A DNA stretch of 64,000 bases, taken from NCBI GenBank assembly GCA_044229845.1, contig JBGASG010000008.1, forward strand, positions 32,001-96,000, read 5' to 3'. The notes beneath the pieces are model-generated. The model did not search any database. It had not been told where the DNA came from and was given only the letters and a program-made list of their open reading frames with translations. Source of the DNA: Candidatus Obscuribacteraceae bacterium. Lineage in GTDB: Bacteria; Cyanobacteriota; Vampirovibrionia; Obscuribacterales; Obscuribacteraceae. This document shows, piece after piece, positions 19,691-28,911 of this stretch. The position numbers and the translations under genes are program-made. The number at the start of each line of letters is the position of its first letter. Position 1 is the first letter of the stretch.

Positions 19691-19850
19691 TCAACGCAGA
19701 TTGAATTTTGAAAGTGCTGCTGCGACTGATGGCGATTTACGCAGGATTCATCCTCAGCGCGTGTCAGCGGTTAGCCACTGCGGGGCGGAACCCGGGTGCA
19801 AACATGGATTATCAGTGACGGCGTATGTAGCGGAAGCTATCTACCGAACG

Positions 19851-21764
19851 CTAACCAAGCGATATCTCAATGTTTGCGATGACTGCGTCGCGATACTTCT
19901 GCGATAGATCTTCTGGGAGTCGTGACTGCTCCAGGACTTCATCAATATTTTGTTGAATACTTTTCGCCAGATCTTGCATGATCTGCATGACTCGCTCTTT
20001 GGTGCCGCCCCACCTATCTGCGACAGCCGCGAAGTCCTTGCGCTTTATTTTGTCGTTACGTCCGTTGATTGTGATCGCAAACTTGTCGCCAGCCAGGTAG
20101 ATTCGAGTGTTCACAAGATCGTAGATTGGCGAGTAGGCAATATCAGCAAGCTCAGGGTAGAGACCCAGTTTGCCCGGTCTGAGCCACTTGATCACTGAGA
20201 TGTTTTTTGCATGCAAATCGCCATTTGCAACGAACCACGAGAAAATAAGGTGGCTTAGATAGAGCCAGAGGTCTGCTTCGCTCAGTCTGAGATCGACCAA
20301 TGTCTTCGCTACTCGCTCTGCTGATGTTCCGTATTTGTCTGCGCGCGATAGGTAGAGCAATGACGCGGCGTCCTCTTGCAGCGCCAGCTTTAGGCTGTGG
20401 TGCATCTCTTCCAAGTCTCGCTTGTTCGGTACGTCGTAGCGTTCGATCAAAAGAGCCCGGCCTGGAAAGAGATCAGTTTTGCTAGTTGCGTCAATCATTC
20501 GCACGGTGGCTACATTGAGTCCTGCACGCCGAGCTAGTTCCATGGTGGCCCATTCGTTTTCGACCATATTTGAAAACGTAGGCGACTGGTATTTGATGAT
20601 GTGGCTGCAAGAATTTGCCAGAACTCCAAGTTCGAGCTTGGGCTGCCCCTTTTGCATGCTCAGCGCCACTGGTAATTTTGCCTGGACGCCTGAGACGCGG
20701 ACAGGCCCCTTTGAACCGAGCCTTCGCATGACGTCTTGTAGCGTCTTTTCATCGATGATGCGATCTTCGACTTCAAGGATCGTTTGCGGCGCCGCCGCTA
20801 AATCAGTAAGTTTCAGTTGCAGTGTGTCAAAAGTAATCTCGAATTCTTGCGAGGTCGTTGTTCTGAGAGTCAGATTGGAGAGGTACTTTTGGCTCGTTGC
20901 TAGAAGCGCAAGTTTGTCTTCCTTTGCGATTTTGAAGGTCGCCTGTAGCTGGCTCTCCATCCAGCCTTCGGGCAGCAAGTTCTCGAAAAAGGCTGGCATT
21001 TGTCTCCCCTCGTAAGCCGGTTGAGCTTTGAGCGGCAGCTGGGGAGAGAGTTCAACCTTCCAATTTGGCGAATACTCAAATCGATATTCGCTAGACAATC
21101 CAGCAAGCTGCCCGATCTCCCAACCGTAGAAGTAGACTTGAAATTCGCGGCGCTTGGCGATTTGAACTTTGGAGACGAACTGGTGTTTGTCCATCAGTTC
21201 GGTCAACCGCCAGTATTCCGGCTTTAGATCATTGCGGTTTGCAAATGCCTGGGCGCGTTCGCGATCTGCTTGACCGAGGCTCTGTATCAAATCGAGTAAT
21301 TTCGATTCGGGCAGAGACTTCTCTGCATAAGACTTCGATGCAGAAAGGCACTCAAAGACAGTTTGCAGTGGGCTTGACACGGCTACCTTTATAGCTTGAG
21401 GTTCCTCGTTCAAGCGCGAAGCGATCAGCGTCGGCGCTTGTATCCAATCAACCTCGGGGTATGGCAAATCTCTGTTGCGGCCGATCCTGACTCCCGGCAA
21501 CACAACCGGTGAATGAGTAGCGCTTCTGGAGGAGATGAAAGCAAATCCATTGATCGGGCTGAGGGTCGCTGCCGTGCTGAACGAAAGATGCCAATCGGGA
21601 AACAACCTTGCTATGATCGCTAGTAGGTTGTCTTGAACGACCCGCTCGGGGTCTGCCCCGGGTTCATCGGAGTATATGCCCCGACTGAGAGCAACTAGCT
21701 GGCCGCGGTGCGCAGCTACTCTTAGGGCGTTCTTGTCGTCTGGGGTAGTTCCAATGTAGAGCAT
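19851..21764 (-). CDS. HipA-family kinase with HipA N-terminal subdomain and an extra ~200-aa AbiEi-like N-terminal region
   Basis: SGVQAKL P-loop, NEWATMELA, NGDLHAKN, SPIYDL; FFENLLPEG (HipA-N); N-terminal LVALSRGIY...LS..TA pattern. Confidence 0.85.
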   Translation of the reverse strand: MLYIGTTPDDKNALRVAAHRGQLVALSRGIYSDEPGADPERVVQDNLLAIIARLFPDWHLSFSTAATLSPINGFAFISSRSATHSPVVLPGVRIGRNRDLPYPEVDWIQAPTLIASRLNEEPQAIKVAVSSPLQTVFECLSASKSYAEKSLPESKLLDLIQSLGQADRERAQAFANRNDLKPEYWRLTELMDKHQFVSKVQIAKRREFQVYFYGWEIGQLAGLSSEYRFEYSPNWKVELSPQLPLKAQPAYEGRQMPAFFENLLPEGWMESQLQATFKIAKEDKLALLATSQKYLSNLTLRTTTSQEFEITFDTLQLKLTDLAAAPQTILEVEDRIIDEKTLQDVMRRLGSKGPVRVSGVQAKLPVALSMQKGQPKLELGVLANSCSHIIKYQSPTFSNMVENEWATMELARRAGLNVATVRMIDATSKTDLFPGRALLIERYDVPNKRDLEEMHHSLKLALQEDAASLLYLSRADKYGTSAERVAKTLVDLRLSEADLWLYLSHLIFSWFVANGDLHAKNISVIKWLRPGKLGLYPELADIAYSPIYDLVNTRIYLAGDKFAITINGRNDKIKRKDFAAVADRWGGTKERVMQIMQDLAKSIQQNIDEVLEQSRLPEDLSQKYRDAVIANIEISLG

Positions 21765-21876
21765 GTAATGATTTCGCGCACAAAATAGGGTTTTCGGGAG
21801 CACTTTCATTACAAGTATACATCATCTGTAATGATTTCGCGCGCCAGAACGATAAACGAAGCGCGATTTCATTACA
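21764..21876. promoter_or_regulatory. Double inverted-repeat operator upstream of the HipA-like gene
   Basis: TGTAATGATTTCGCGC at 21764 and 21827; inverted copies at 21798-21813 and 21861-21876; both spacers 18 bp. Confidence 0.8.
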
Positions 21877-21950
21877 ACAAATCATACATACGTAACGATA
21901 AATTGAGAAAGCGCGCCATGCTCTTGATTATTCATCAGAGCGTGTTAGTG

Positions 21951-22162
21951 AGAAATATCGCCGGTTTTTTAGGCCAAGCCAAGAGATAGAAATTGCTACC
22001 CCAAAAATGCTGCAATACAGCAATCCAAGAGGAGGCAAAAGAACATGCCCAGACCCTTGCGCAAGCACAACGCAGATTTCAAAGCCAAAGTGGCACTGGC
22101 TGCCATCCGCGAAGAAGGCACGCTCGCTGAACTCTCGGCAAAATATGGCGTGCATGCAACCC
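21951..22162 (+). mobile_element. Second, shorter remnant of the same IS3 left end and orfA
   Basis: Near-identical to ~18582-18782; truncated after YGVHAT. Confidence 0.88.
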
Positions 22163-22511
22163 TCCGTCGACACCACATCTGGTGGTTAGCTCTAATGGCG
22201 CGCTTGGCAGGCTCTCCGTTGCCTGGACTCCATGGGTAGCGTGAGCCTTGTGTTGTAAGGAAGAAAAAAGCCCCGCCCTTCACCTTGCCAGTTTCTCTTG
22301 ACCGACCGCAAATCGCTTCACAGCGAGTTGAAATGCAGGATGAAACATAATCGACGTTCTAAGTCTGCTATCTGGACAGTTTGAACACCACCCACTCACT
22401 CCTACTCACGTTCTCCTTGTGATATCAGAACAAGCATGCTTCATGCTGGGAATCTCGCCAAGTCTCCGAGCGGACACCATTGTGTGACATGCTGTTCCTG
22501 CTCGCCAGCGG

Positions 22512-22931
22512 CTACTGGCTGGTTGCTGGTAACTGGAGATTGATCACCGGGGCTGTTGTGCCGCCGGCTGCGGGCGCGGGGTATTTTATGGCGTCAAGAC
22601 TATACGTAGCCGTCACTACATTGCTCGACACTCCACCGACAATCGCAATAGCCCGGATCGTTTCCGTCCAGCGCACCACCAGCGGTGCCGTGTAGAGAGA
22701 GCTCGAGCTGGTAGGCGTCGTCCCATCGCGCGTGTACCTTATCTCGCCGTTGTATGGCACCGCTATTGCCACTTGCCTCGGCGCTGCGAACGAACTACCG
22801 CTCGCGACACTGAAAACTGGGTCTCGCGTTACCGCGCATGCTGCCGCGCAAAACCAGATTGAGAATGTGGCTAAACATCCTGCTTGGATTGACTTAGGAA
22901 AACTGAACCGACTCCATATTTTGGCTAGCAT
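22512..22931 (-). CDS. Exported protein with chitobiase/beta-hexosaminidase C-terminal (Fn3-associated) domain
   Basis: P.FS..SG...IRYTRDGTTPT..S.LY..P...TIRAIA motif; N-terminal hydrophobic segment. Confidence 0.8.
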   Translation of the reverse strand: MLAKIWSRFSFPKSIQAGCLATFSIWFCAAACAVTRDPVFSVASGSSFAAPRQVAIAVPYNGEIRYTRDGTTPTSSSSLYTAPLVVRWTETIRAIAIVGGVSSNVVTATYSLDAIKYPAPAAGGTTAPVINLQLPATSQ

Positions 22932-23113
22932 GGTCTGTCCCGCCTCCTAAATTAGTGATTTGAATCTCGATTTGCTGCTAGAAGTTATATCTGGACATTT
23001 GTCAAAGCCAGGCTGCAGACGCCACTTGTGACGGTGCGTCTACACAATTAGACTAAAACGTGCGAGATTTATATCGCTAAAAGCATGCGCCGGCAATGCG
23101 TGACAACTACGCG

Positions 23114-24133
23114 TCAAACAGATCTGCCGGCGCCGACCGAGAGGCGCTCGATAAATTTGTCCCAGGCTTGGGGATTGACCAGATTGTGCGGTTGTTGGCC
23201 GGAGAAAGCCTTCAATAGCCCATCCACGGCCAGATTAGCCATCGCTGCTCGGGTGGCTGAAGTTGAACTGCCGATATGGGGCGCCAGCACAACGTTGTCC
23301 ATTTCGATCAACTCGCGCGGCACATTCGGTTCGTTCTGAAACACATCCAGTCCAGCACCGGCAATGGTGCCTTCCTTGAGCGCCTGGATGAGAGCCGCCT
23401 CGTCGACAATCGGACCGCGAGCCGTGTTGATCAGAATCGGCCGATGTTTGATCAGCGAAAAGGCGCGCGCGCCCAGAAGACCTCGAGTGTTTGGTGTGAG
23501 CGGACAATGCACGCTGATGAATTCGGACCGCTGCAACAGAGTTGCCAGCGACACATACGTCACCTGCAGCTTTTCCTCCAGCTCTTTGGGAGCGCGGTTT
23601 CGCTGCGTATACAAAATCTCCATATCAAACCCGCGAGCTCGCCGGGCCATTGCTTGCCCGATGCGCCCGAGACCGATGATGCCGAGCACCTTGCCGTGCA
23701 CGTCGGTGCCCAACATCAGATCAGCGGTGAAGCTCTTCCAACGATCTGACCGCACAAATTTGTCGGCTTCGACAATTCGACGAGCCACAGCCAGCATCAG
23801 TGCAAATGCCAGATCGGCAGTGGTGTCATCGAGAACCCCCGGTGTGTTGACCACCGGAATACCGCGCTCCGTAGCCGCCTGCACATCAATGTTGTCGAAG
23901 CCGACGGCCGCATTAGCGATCAACATCAATTTTGGAAGGGCGTGGATCACGTCGGCAGAAAACGAGTTGGGCACCACCGACAGTACTGCATCTTTGTCTC
24001 TCATGTGGGACAGCAAATCTGCTTCCGGCAGTTCGTCCAACTCCCAGGCGTCGACGTCAGCCTGTTCACGCAACCTGTTGACAGCATTCCCTGGATGCTG
24101 CGACGAAACAAACACCTTGGGGCGGACTAGCAT
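23114..24133 (-). CDS. D-glycerate dehydrogenase/glyoxylate reductase (D-2-hydroxyacid dehydrogenase)
   Basis: AVGFDNID, NTPGVL, GLGRIG, INTARG, GLDVFQNEP, APHIGS. Confidence 0.93.
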   Translation of the reverse strand: MLVRPKVFVSSQHPGNAVNRLREQADVDAWELDELPEADLLSHMRDKDAVLSVVPNSFSADVIHALPKLMLIANAAVGFDNIDVQAATERGIPVVNTPGVLDDTTADLAFALMLAVARRIVEADKFVRSDRWKSFTADLMLGTDVHGKVLGIIGLGRIGQAMARRARGFDMEILYTQRNRAPKELEEKLQVTYVSLATLLQRSEFISVHCPLTPNTRGLLGARAFSLIKHRPILINTARGPIVDEAALIQALKEGTIAGAGLDVFQNEPNVPRELIEMDNVVLAPHIGSSTSATRAAMANLAVDGLLKAFSGQQPHNLVNPQAWDKFIERLSVGAGRSV

Positions 24134-24134
24134 T

Positions 24135-25790
24135 TTATCTTGCTCCTACGGGCTCCTTGAGAGCTGCCATGTGCTCGGCTATCAGAGATTTCACTGCCGC
24201 AAGCTCAGCATCATAGCGCCGGTCGTCCCAAGACAACAAGACCTTCATAAGTTCGCCCACTCTCGGTGCCGCATCCAGGCATTGCTTGTGGTGCAAAACT
24301 CCCAGCCGCAGGCGACGGAAGAGCAGGTCTTGCAATGAAACGGAAGACTCGAAAGTCACGCAGAAAGCAATTTCAGCCATGATCGCGGGGAAATCAGGGC
24401 AAATGCGCTCGGCGTACGCCGAGTTTCTTTCCACGATATCCACAACCAGTTGCGCGTCGGCGCCATAATTGGACAGCAAGTGTTCGATAATCGCCGGCTC
24501 CAGCGATTGCTTGCGCGCCGACATGCCGATCACCGCGCTGCGCGTCAGGTAATCTTCCTTGTCGGTCCAACCGCCCAGCATCAGGGTCTGCGTGCCGGCC
24601 GGCTTGATTTGACCGCCGCCAGGCAGGCGCAGCAAAATCTTCGCCATCGCTGCTTCGGCAATCACGCGGTAAGTGGTGAGGTCGCCGCCCACCACAGTAA
24701 CTGTGCCGTTGCTCTCCGCCTGCAGGAGCGCGTAGTCTCCGGCGGCGTCGCCACGCCTGGGCGAGCGCGCCAGTGCCCCCACCCCGGCAAAACTGGCGAT
24801 CACGTGCGAGCGCTGCAGCTTCTGCGTCGCAGTATAGCGATTGACGGCGCGCAACAGATAATCGATCTCTTCGGTTGTCGGGACGGGACTCTCGATGTCG
24901 CCATCGAATTTTTCATCGGTGGTACCGATCAAGAGCGCCCGCTGCCATGGCACCACCACCACATAACGCTGATCATCGCTAGGTAGAAGCAGCGCCGTGT
25001 TCGTCTCGAACACCGACGGCGGCACCACAATATGGGTGCTCTTGGACAGCACAAAAGGTTCCGAACCGGCGGCGTCGGCAAGTTTCATCACCCCGTTGCT
25101 CCACGCACCGGCAGCCACTGCGAGCGCCCGTCCGCGCACGGACAATTCAACGCCGTTGTATCTGTCGCGCACCGTCAGCGTATGCAGCCCGCCGGCATGA
25201 TCGTACGCAAAGGCATTCGCCTGACAGTAATTGAGCGCCAACGCACCGCGGTTGCAAGCACTTTTAACCACGTCCAAAACCAATCGCGAATCGTCGGTTG
25301 TGCATTCGCGAAAATTCAGACCGCCGACTACCAAGCTGCGGTCAAGCGCCGGTGCGCGTTCGAAGGTTTCTCTCTGACCAACATGCCGCTGCGCGTGCCG
25401 CCCCATCGGCGCGCCCTGGAGCAGGTCATACATTCCCAGGGCCAGTCCGGCTTTCAAGTTGAAAAGCGGACGATGCTTGCTGAGCGGCAGCACAAAATTG
25501 CTCTCTCGCACCATATGTGGTGCCAGGCGTTCGAGCAAGGACCTCTCCTTGCACAGCTGAACAGTCAGTTCGAGGTTCAGCTGCTCCAGCTGACGCAGCC
25601 CGCCATGGATTAATTTAGTAGTCTTGCTTGAGGCGCCCGAGGCGAAGTCGTCTTTCTCCAGCAAACAGACGGAAAGCCCACGCGATGCCGCATTTTGGGC
25701 GATTCCGGCACCGATTATGCCACCACCGACGATTAGCAGATCAAATTCGGTCGAAACAGCAGCGTCAACGGACTCGGGACGGGTTTTCAT
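24135..25790 (-). CDS. glpD: FAD-dependent glycerol-3-phosphate dehydrogenase
   Basis: GGGIIG, DFASGASSKTTKLIHGGLR, IGTTD, DLLFRRLRL. Confidence 0.88.
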   Translation of the reverse strand: MKTRPESVDAAVSTEFDLLIVGGGIIGAGIAQNAASRGLSVCLLEKDDFASGASSKTTKLIHGGLRQLEQLNLELTVQLCKERSLLERLAPHMVRESNFVLPLSKHRPLFNLKAGLALGMYDLLQGAPMGRHAQRHVGQRETFERAPALDRSLVVGGLNFRECTTDDSRLVLDVVKSACNRGALALNYCQANAFAYDHAGGLHTLTVRDRYNGVELSVRGRALAVAAGAWSNGVMKLADAAGSEPFVLSKSTHIVVPPSVFETNTALLLPSDDQRYVVVVPWQRALLIGTTDEKFDGDIESPVPTTEEIDYLLRAVNRYTATQKLQRSHVIASFAGVGALARSPRRGDAAGDYALLQAESNGTVTVVGGDLTTYRVIAEAAMAKILLRLPGGGQIKPAGTQTLMLGGWTDKEDYLTRSAVIGMSARKQSLEPAIIEHLLSNYGADAQLVVDIVERNSAYAERICPDFPAIMAEIAFCVTFESSVSLQDLLFRRLRLGVLHHKQCLDAAPRVGELMKVLLSWDDRRYDAELAAVKSLIAEHMAALKEPVGAR

Positions 25791-25995
25791 GAGCTAGATA
25801 TTTATTGTTTCGTGGAGGTTCTTAGCAACTTTAAGATTTGGCCATGAAGGTTGAAGTATTGACCTATCCTTAGGAAAATTGGGCTCTACAGGTCTTTCCA
25901 CAATTATGACCTCTCTGAAGACGGATATCAGCATTGCTCACTTGCAGAATGCAATTTCGGAACGCTCAGCTGCGTCCCTAGGGGTAGAAGGATTC

Positions 25996-28866
25996 ATGTT
26001 CAATAAAAACGTACTCGCCCGTTGTGCCGCCGTCTTGTTGCTGGCAGCCAGTATTGGTGTCACCTTTGGTGCACCGACGACACCAGCCAAGCAAATGAGC
26101 AACGAGGAAGTGCTGGACAAGGTTTTCGAGTTCACTGAACGTCAAGAAACAACCGGCAGCATCGAAACCGTACAGAAGCTGCGCAAAGACGCGCAAGTCT
26201 TTGTCGGCAAGAAAGACCTCGAAAAGGCGCTGGCCAAGCTGCAGGAAGCTTACGGTCTCTGCAAAGACATGAAGTACGCCGATGGTGAGGGTCAAGTGCT
26301 CACCGACATGTCGGCGATCTATCAACAGCGCGGGCAAATACCGCGCGCCAAAATGCTCTGCGAAAACGCCGTCGAAGTCCTCTCTGACTCAACTGATAAG
26401 AAAGCCTTGGCTAAGGCCCGTGTGGTGCTGGCAGAAGTCTACTTGGCACTCGACAACCCGACATGGGCAGTCGAGCAACTCGGACTCGCCCTTAAGTGTA
26501 TGGAGAGCATCAAAGACGTAGACGGCGCCGACGCCGGACAGGTGATGCTCACCGCCGCCGAACTTGCGTCGCGACTCGGACAGTCCAAAGAAGAGATTCA
26601 GTTCTTGAAGGGCGCCGCGACTTTCTACGGACATTCCGGAGACAGCGCCCGCGAAATCGGTCTGCTCAGCCTGCTCGTTAAACGCTGTCAGATGCGGGGC
26701 TACTTCACCGCAGCTTCGGAAGAAGCCCGCAACGCCGTGGTCGCCGCTCGCAAATCCAAGAGAACCGACCTGCTGCAAAACGCGCTCATATTGTTGGGCA
26801 ACTGCCAATATGACTTGTGCGAGTTCGCAGCCTCCCGCAAGTCGTTTGAAGAGGCATTGAAGGTCAGTTCCACCGGCAATAACAATGCGGTCGTCACCGC
26901 CAACAACTATATCGGTTATGCCTATGCTCTAGCCGCGACGGGAGACACCGAGCAAGCCAAATCCTATCTTGAGAAAGCCTTGACGGTTTTGCGCAAGGAC
27001 AGAGGATCGGCGGAGCAGACTGCCGAAGCCCTCAACACGCTCGGCATCATTGACTCCCTGAAAGGACGCCACGCAACCGCCCTCCAGTCCTTGAGAGAGG
27101 CATTGGACATTCAAGGTGTCACAGGCAAGAATCCGAGACCCGGCATTCTCACCACCATCAATCTGGCTTCAGCTGAGGCTCGAGCCGGCGAAAATCGCAA
27201 TGCGAAGAGCCACTACTTGGCGGCTCTGAATGCCTGCAACTCGAAATCATTCAAGGATGTCTACACACAATCACACATTCTTTGCGCGCTGGAAGAGGTT
27301 TGCTTGAACCTCAAAGAAATCGCGCAAGCCCAAGTGTATGCGGACGAGGGCATCAAACAGAGCACGGCATTGAACGATGACTCGGCCCTGTGGCGGCACT
27401 ACAGCAATAAAGTGCGCATTCTGAACGCGCAAGGATTACCATCTAAAGATGCATTGGTGAGCGCCGTCAGTTTCTTCCGCTCGCCGCAAGCCGGTAAGTT
27501 TGCCGCGCCTGAGCGCATGACATATCCCTCCACCCGTGAAGAAGCTGGCTTCCAGCTGGTATCGCAACTGGTTTCCGCTGGCATGGTCGACGCCGCGCTT
27601 TTGACAGCCGAACAACTCAAAGACGAATCGTTCATCAACGAATGGCACCGTCGCGGCGGCGAAGTAAAACCGGGTGACCGCGAACTCTACTGGGACCTCG
27701 TCACACAACGCGCTCACCTGCATGCAGCAGAAAGCGTCAGCCCGCCGTCTCAACTTCTCAAAGACTGGCGCGAATGGCTGCAGCGATTCACGGCACTGGC
27801 CCGCGAAAACCGCCAGCTGGCCGCTTTAGTCGCACCGGTTCCCATCAGCCTCGCCGACGTAATCAAATCAGCTCAATCAACTCATTCCACGGTTGTCGAC
27901 TACCTGGTCGGCCCGCAGCAATCGCTGGTCTTCACCGTCGATGGTGGCGGACGCTTGATGGCGTCGAGACTGAATGTCGGACGCGATAAGCTGCAAGCCC
28001 AAGTGGCAGCATTGCTGACGGCCTCGGGCAAGGGCGACGAAACCGCTCGCGAAACCGAACGTCGCCTGCTCACCGTCCTCTACGCAGAACTGATGCCTGA
28101 GCCGGTGCAACGCGCACTGCCTCCCAACGCGGACAACACTGTCGTCATCGTTCCGGATGCGGTGCTCTTCAATCTGCCGTTTGCCGCTCTCTTGAATCAG
28201 AACGGCAAGTACTTCATCGAAAGCCACACCCTGACCCTGGCTTCGTCAATGGGTAACATCGCCGGCGTGCCGCGCTACTCGCATGACGCGTCGGTCGTGG
28301 TCGGCACCAGCGATGGTGGCGAGAGCCGCGAAGCCGAAGAAGCCACCGGTATCAGCGGCGTCTTCGAGCCGGCGCAGATCATTCGCCTCTCCGGCAAAGA
28401 AGCGCAGTTGAGCGCCATTCAAGATCAGGCAAGAAACAATAATTCGATGCTGCACATCGCACCGACGGTCAACATCCACGAGAGCAACCCGCTGCGCTCC
28501 GTTGTGCCGCTCGGTGCCGGCAACGATCCCAATCAGAAAGTGGAAGCCAATCGACTGTTTGGTCTTTCACTGCCCAGCGACCTGGCGGTCATGAGCGGCA
28601 CCTCCATCAACTCCAAGGACTATCAAGGCAACGGCGTGAAAGTATTCAGCCGCGGACTCGAGTATGCCGGAGTGCGGAACCTGCTGATGAGCCTCTGGGT
28701 CAGCCAGAGTCCCGAACGGACCACCGAGCTTGTCGACTTCTATCGCGGCACGCAATCGGGACTGAATCAAGCTCAGTCTTTGCGCAAGGCCCAGCTGCTG
28801 GCAATCTCAAAAGACCCGTCGCCTCGCTCGTGGGCAGCGTTCCAACTGGTCGGTCCAGGTAATTAA
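25996..28866 (+). CDS. Exported TPR- and CHAT-domain protein
   Basis: Signal-like N-terminus, TPR helices, IVPDAVLFNLPFAAL, SLW.V, WAAFQLVG; start chosen at the ATG after a GGA RBS. Confidence 0.88.
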   Translation: MFNKNVLARCAAVLLLAASIGVTFGAPTTPAKQMSNEEVLDKVFEFTERQETTGSIETVQKLRKDAQVFVGKKDLEKALAKLQEAYGLCKDMKYADGEGQVLTDMSAIYQQRGQIPRAKMLCENAVEVLSDSTDKKALAKARVVLAEVYLALDNPTWAVEQLGLALKCMESIKDVDGADAGQVMLTAAELASRLGQSKEEIQFLKGAATFYGHSGDSAREIGLLSLLVKRCQMRGYFTAASEEARNAVVAARKSKRTDLLQNALILLGNCQYDLCEFAASRKSFEEALKVSSTGNNNAVVTANNYIGYAYALAATGDTEQAKSYLEKALTVLRKDRGSAEQTAEALNTLGIIDSLKGRHATALQSLREALDIQGVTGKNPRPGILTTINLASAEARAGENRNAKSHYLAALNACNSKSFKDVYTQSHILCALEEVCLNLKEIAQAQVYADEGIKQSTALNDDSALWRHYSNKVRILNAQGLPSKDALVSAVSFFRSPQAGKFAAPERMTYPSTREEAGFQLVSQLVSAGMVDAALLTAEQLKDESFINEWHRRGGEVKPGDRELYWDLVTQRAHLHAAESVSPPSQLLKDWREWLQRFTALARENRQLAALVAPVPISLADVIKSAQSTHSTVVDYLVGPQQSLVFTVDGGGRLMASRLNVGRDKLQAQVAALLTASGKGDETARETERRLLTVLYAELMPEPVQRALPPNADNTVVIVPDAVLFNLPFAALLNQNGKYFIESHTLTLASSMGNIAGVPRYSHDASVVVGTSDGGESREAEEATGISGVFEPAQIIRLSGKEAQLSAIQDQARNNNSMLHIAPTVNIHESNPLRSVVPLGAGNDPNQKVEANRLFGLSLPSDLAVMSGTSINSKDYQGNGVKVFSRGLEYAGVRNLLMSLWVSQSPERTTELVDFYRGTQSGLNQAQSLRKAQLLAISKDPSPRSWAAFQLVGPGN

Positions 28867-28911
28867 GGATACTCACTCTCAACTCAAGCGCAGTTCAAGG
28901 AAATCGGAAGT

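Noticed and set aside
19331..19711. RT as a retron, DGR or defence RT
   Set aside because: Motifs are those of a group II intron maturase; it is truncated before the catalytic YADD and I saw no template/variable repeat pair.
18571..22162. Composite transposon formed by two IS3 copies around the HipA gene
   Set aside because: Both copies are left-end fragments with no right end or integrase core, so there is no support for a mobilisable unit.
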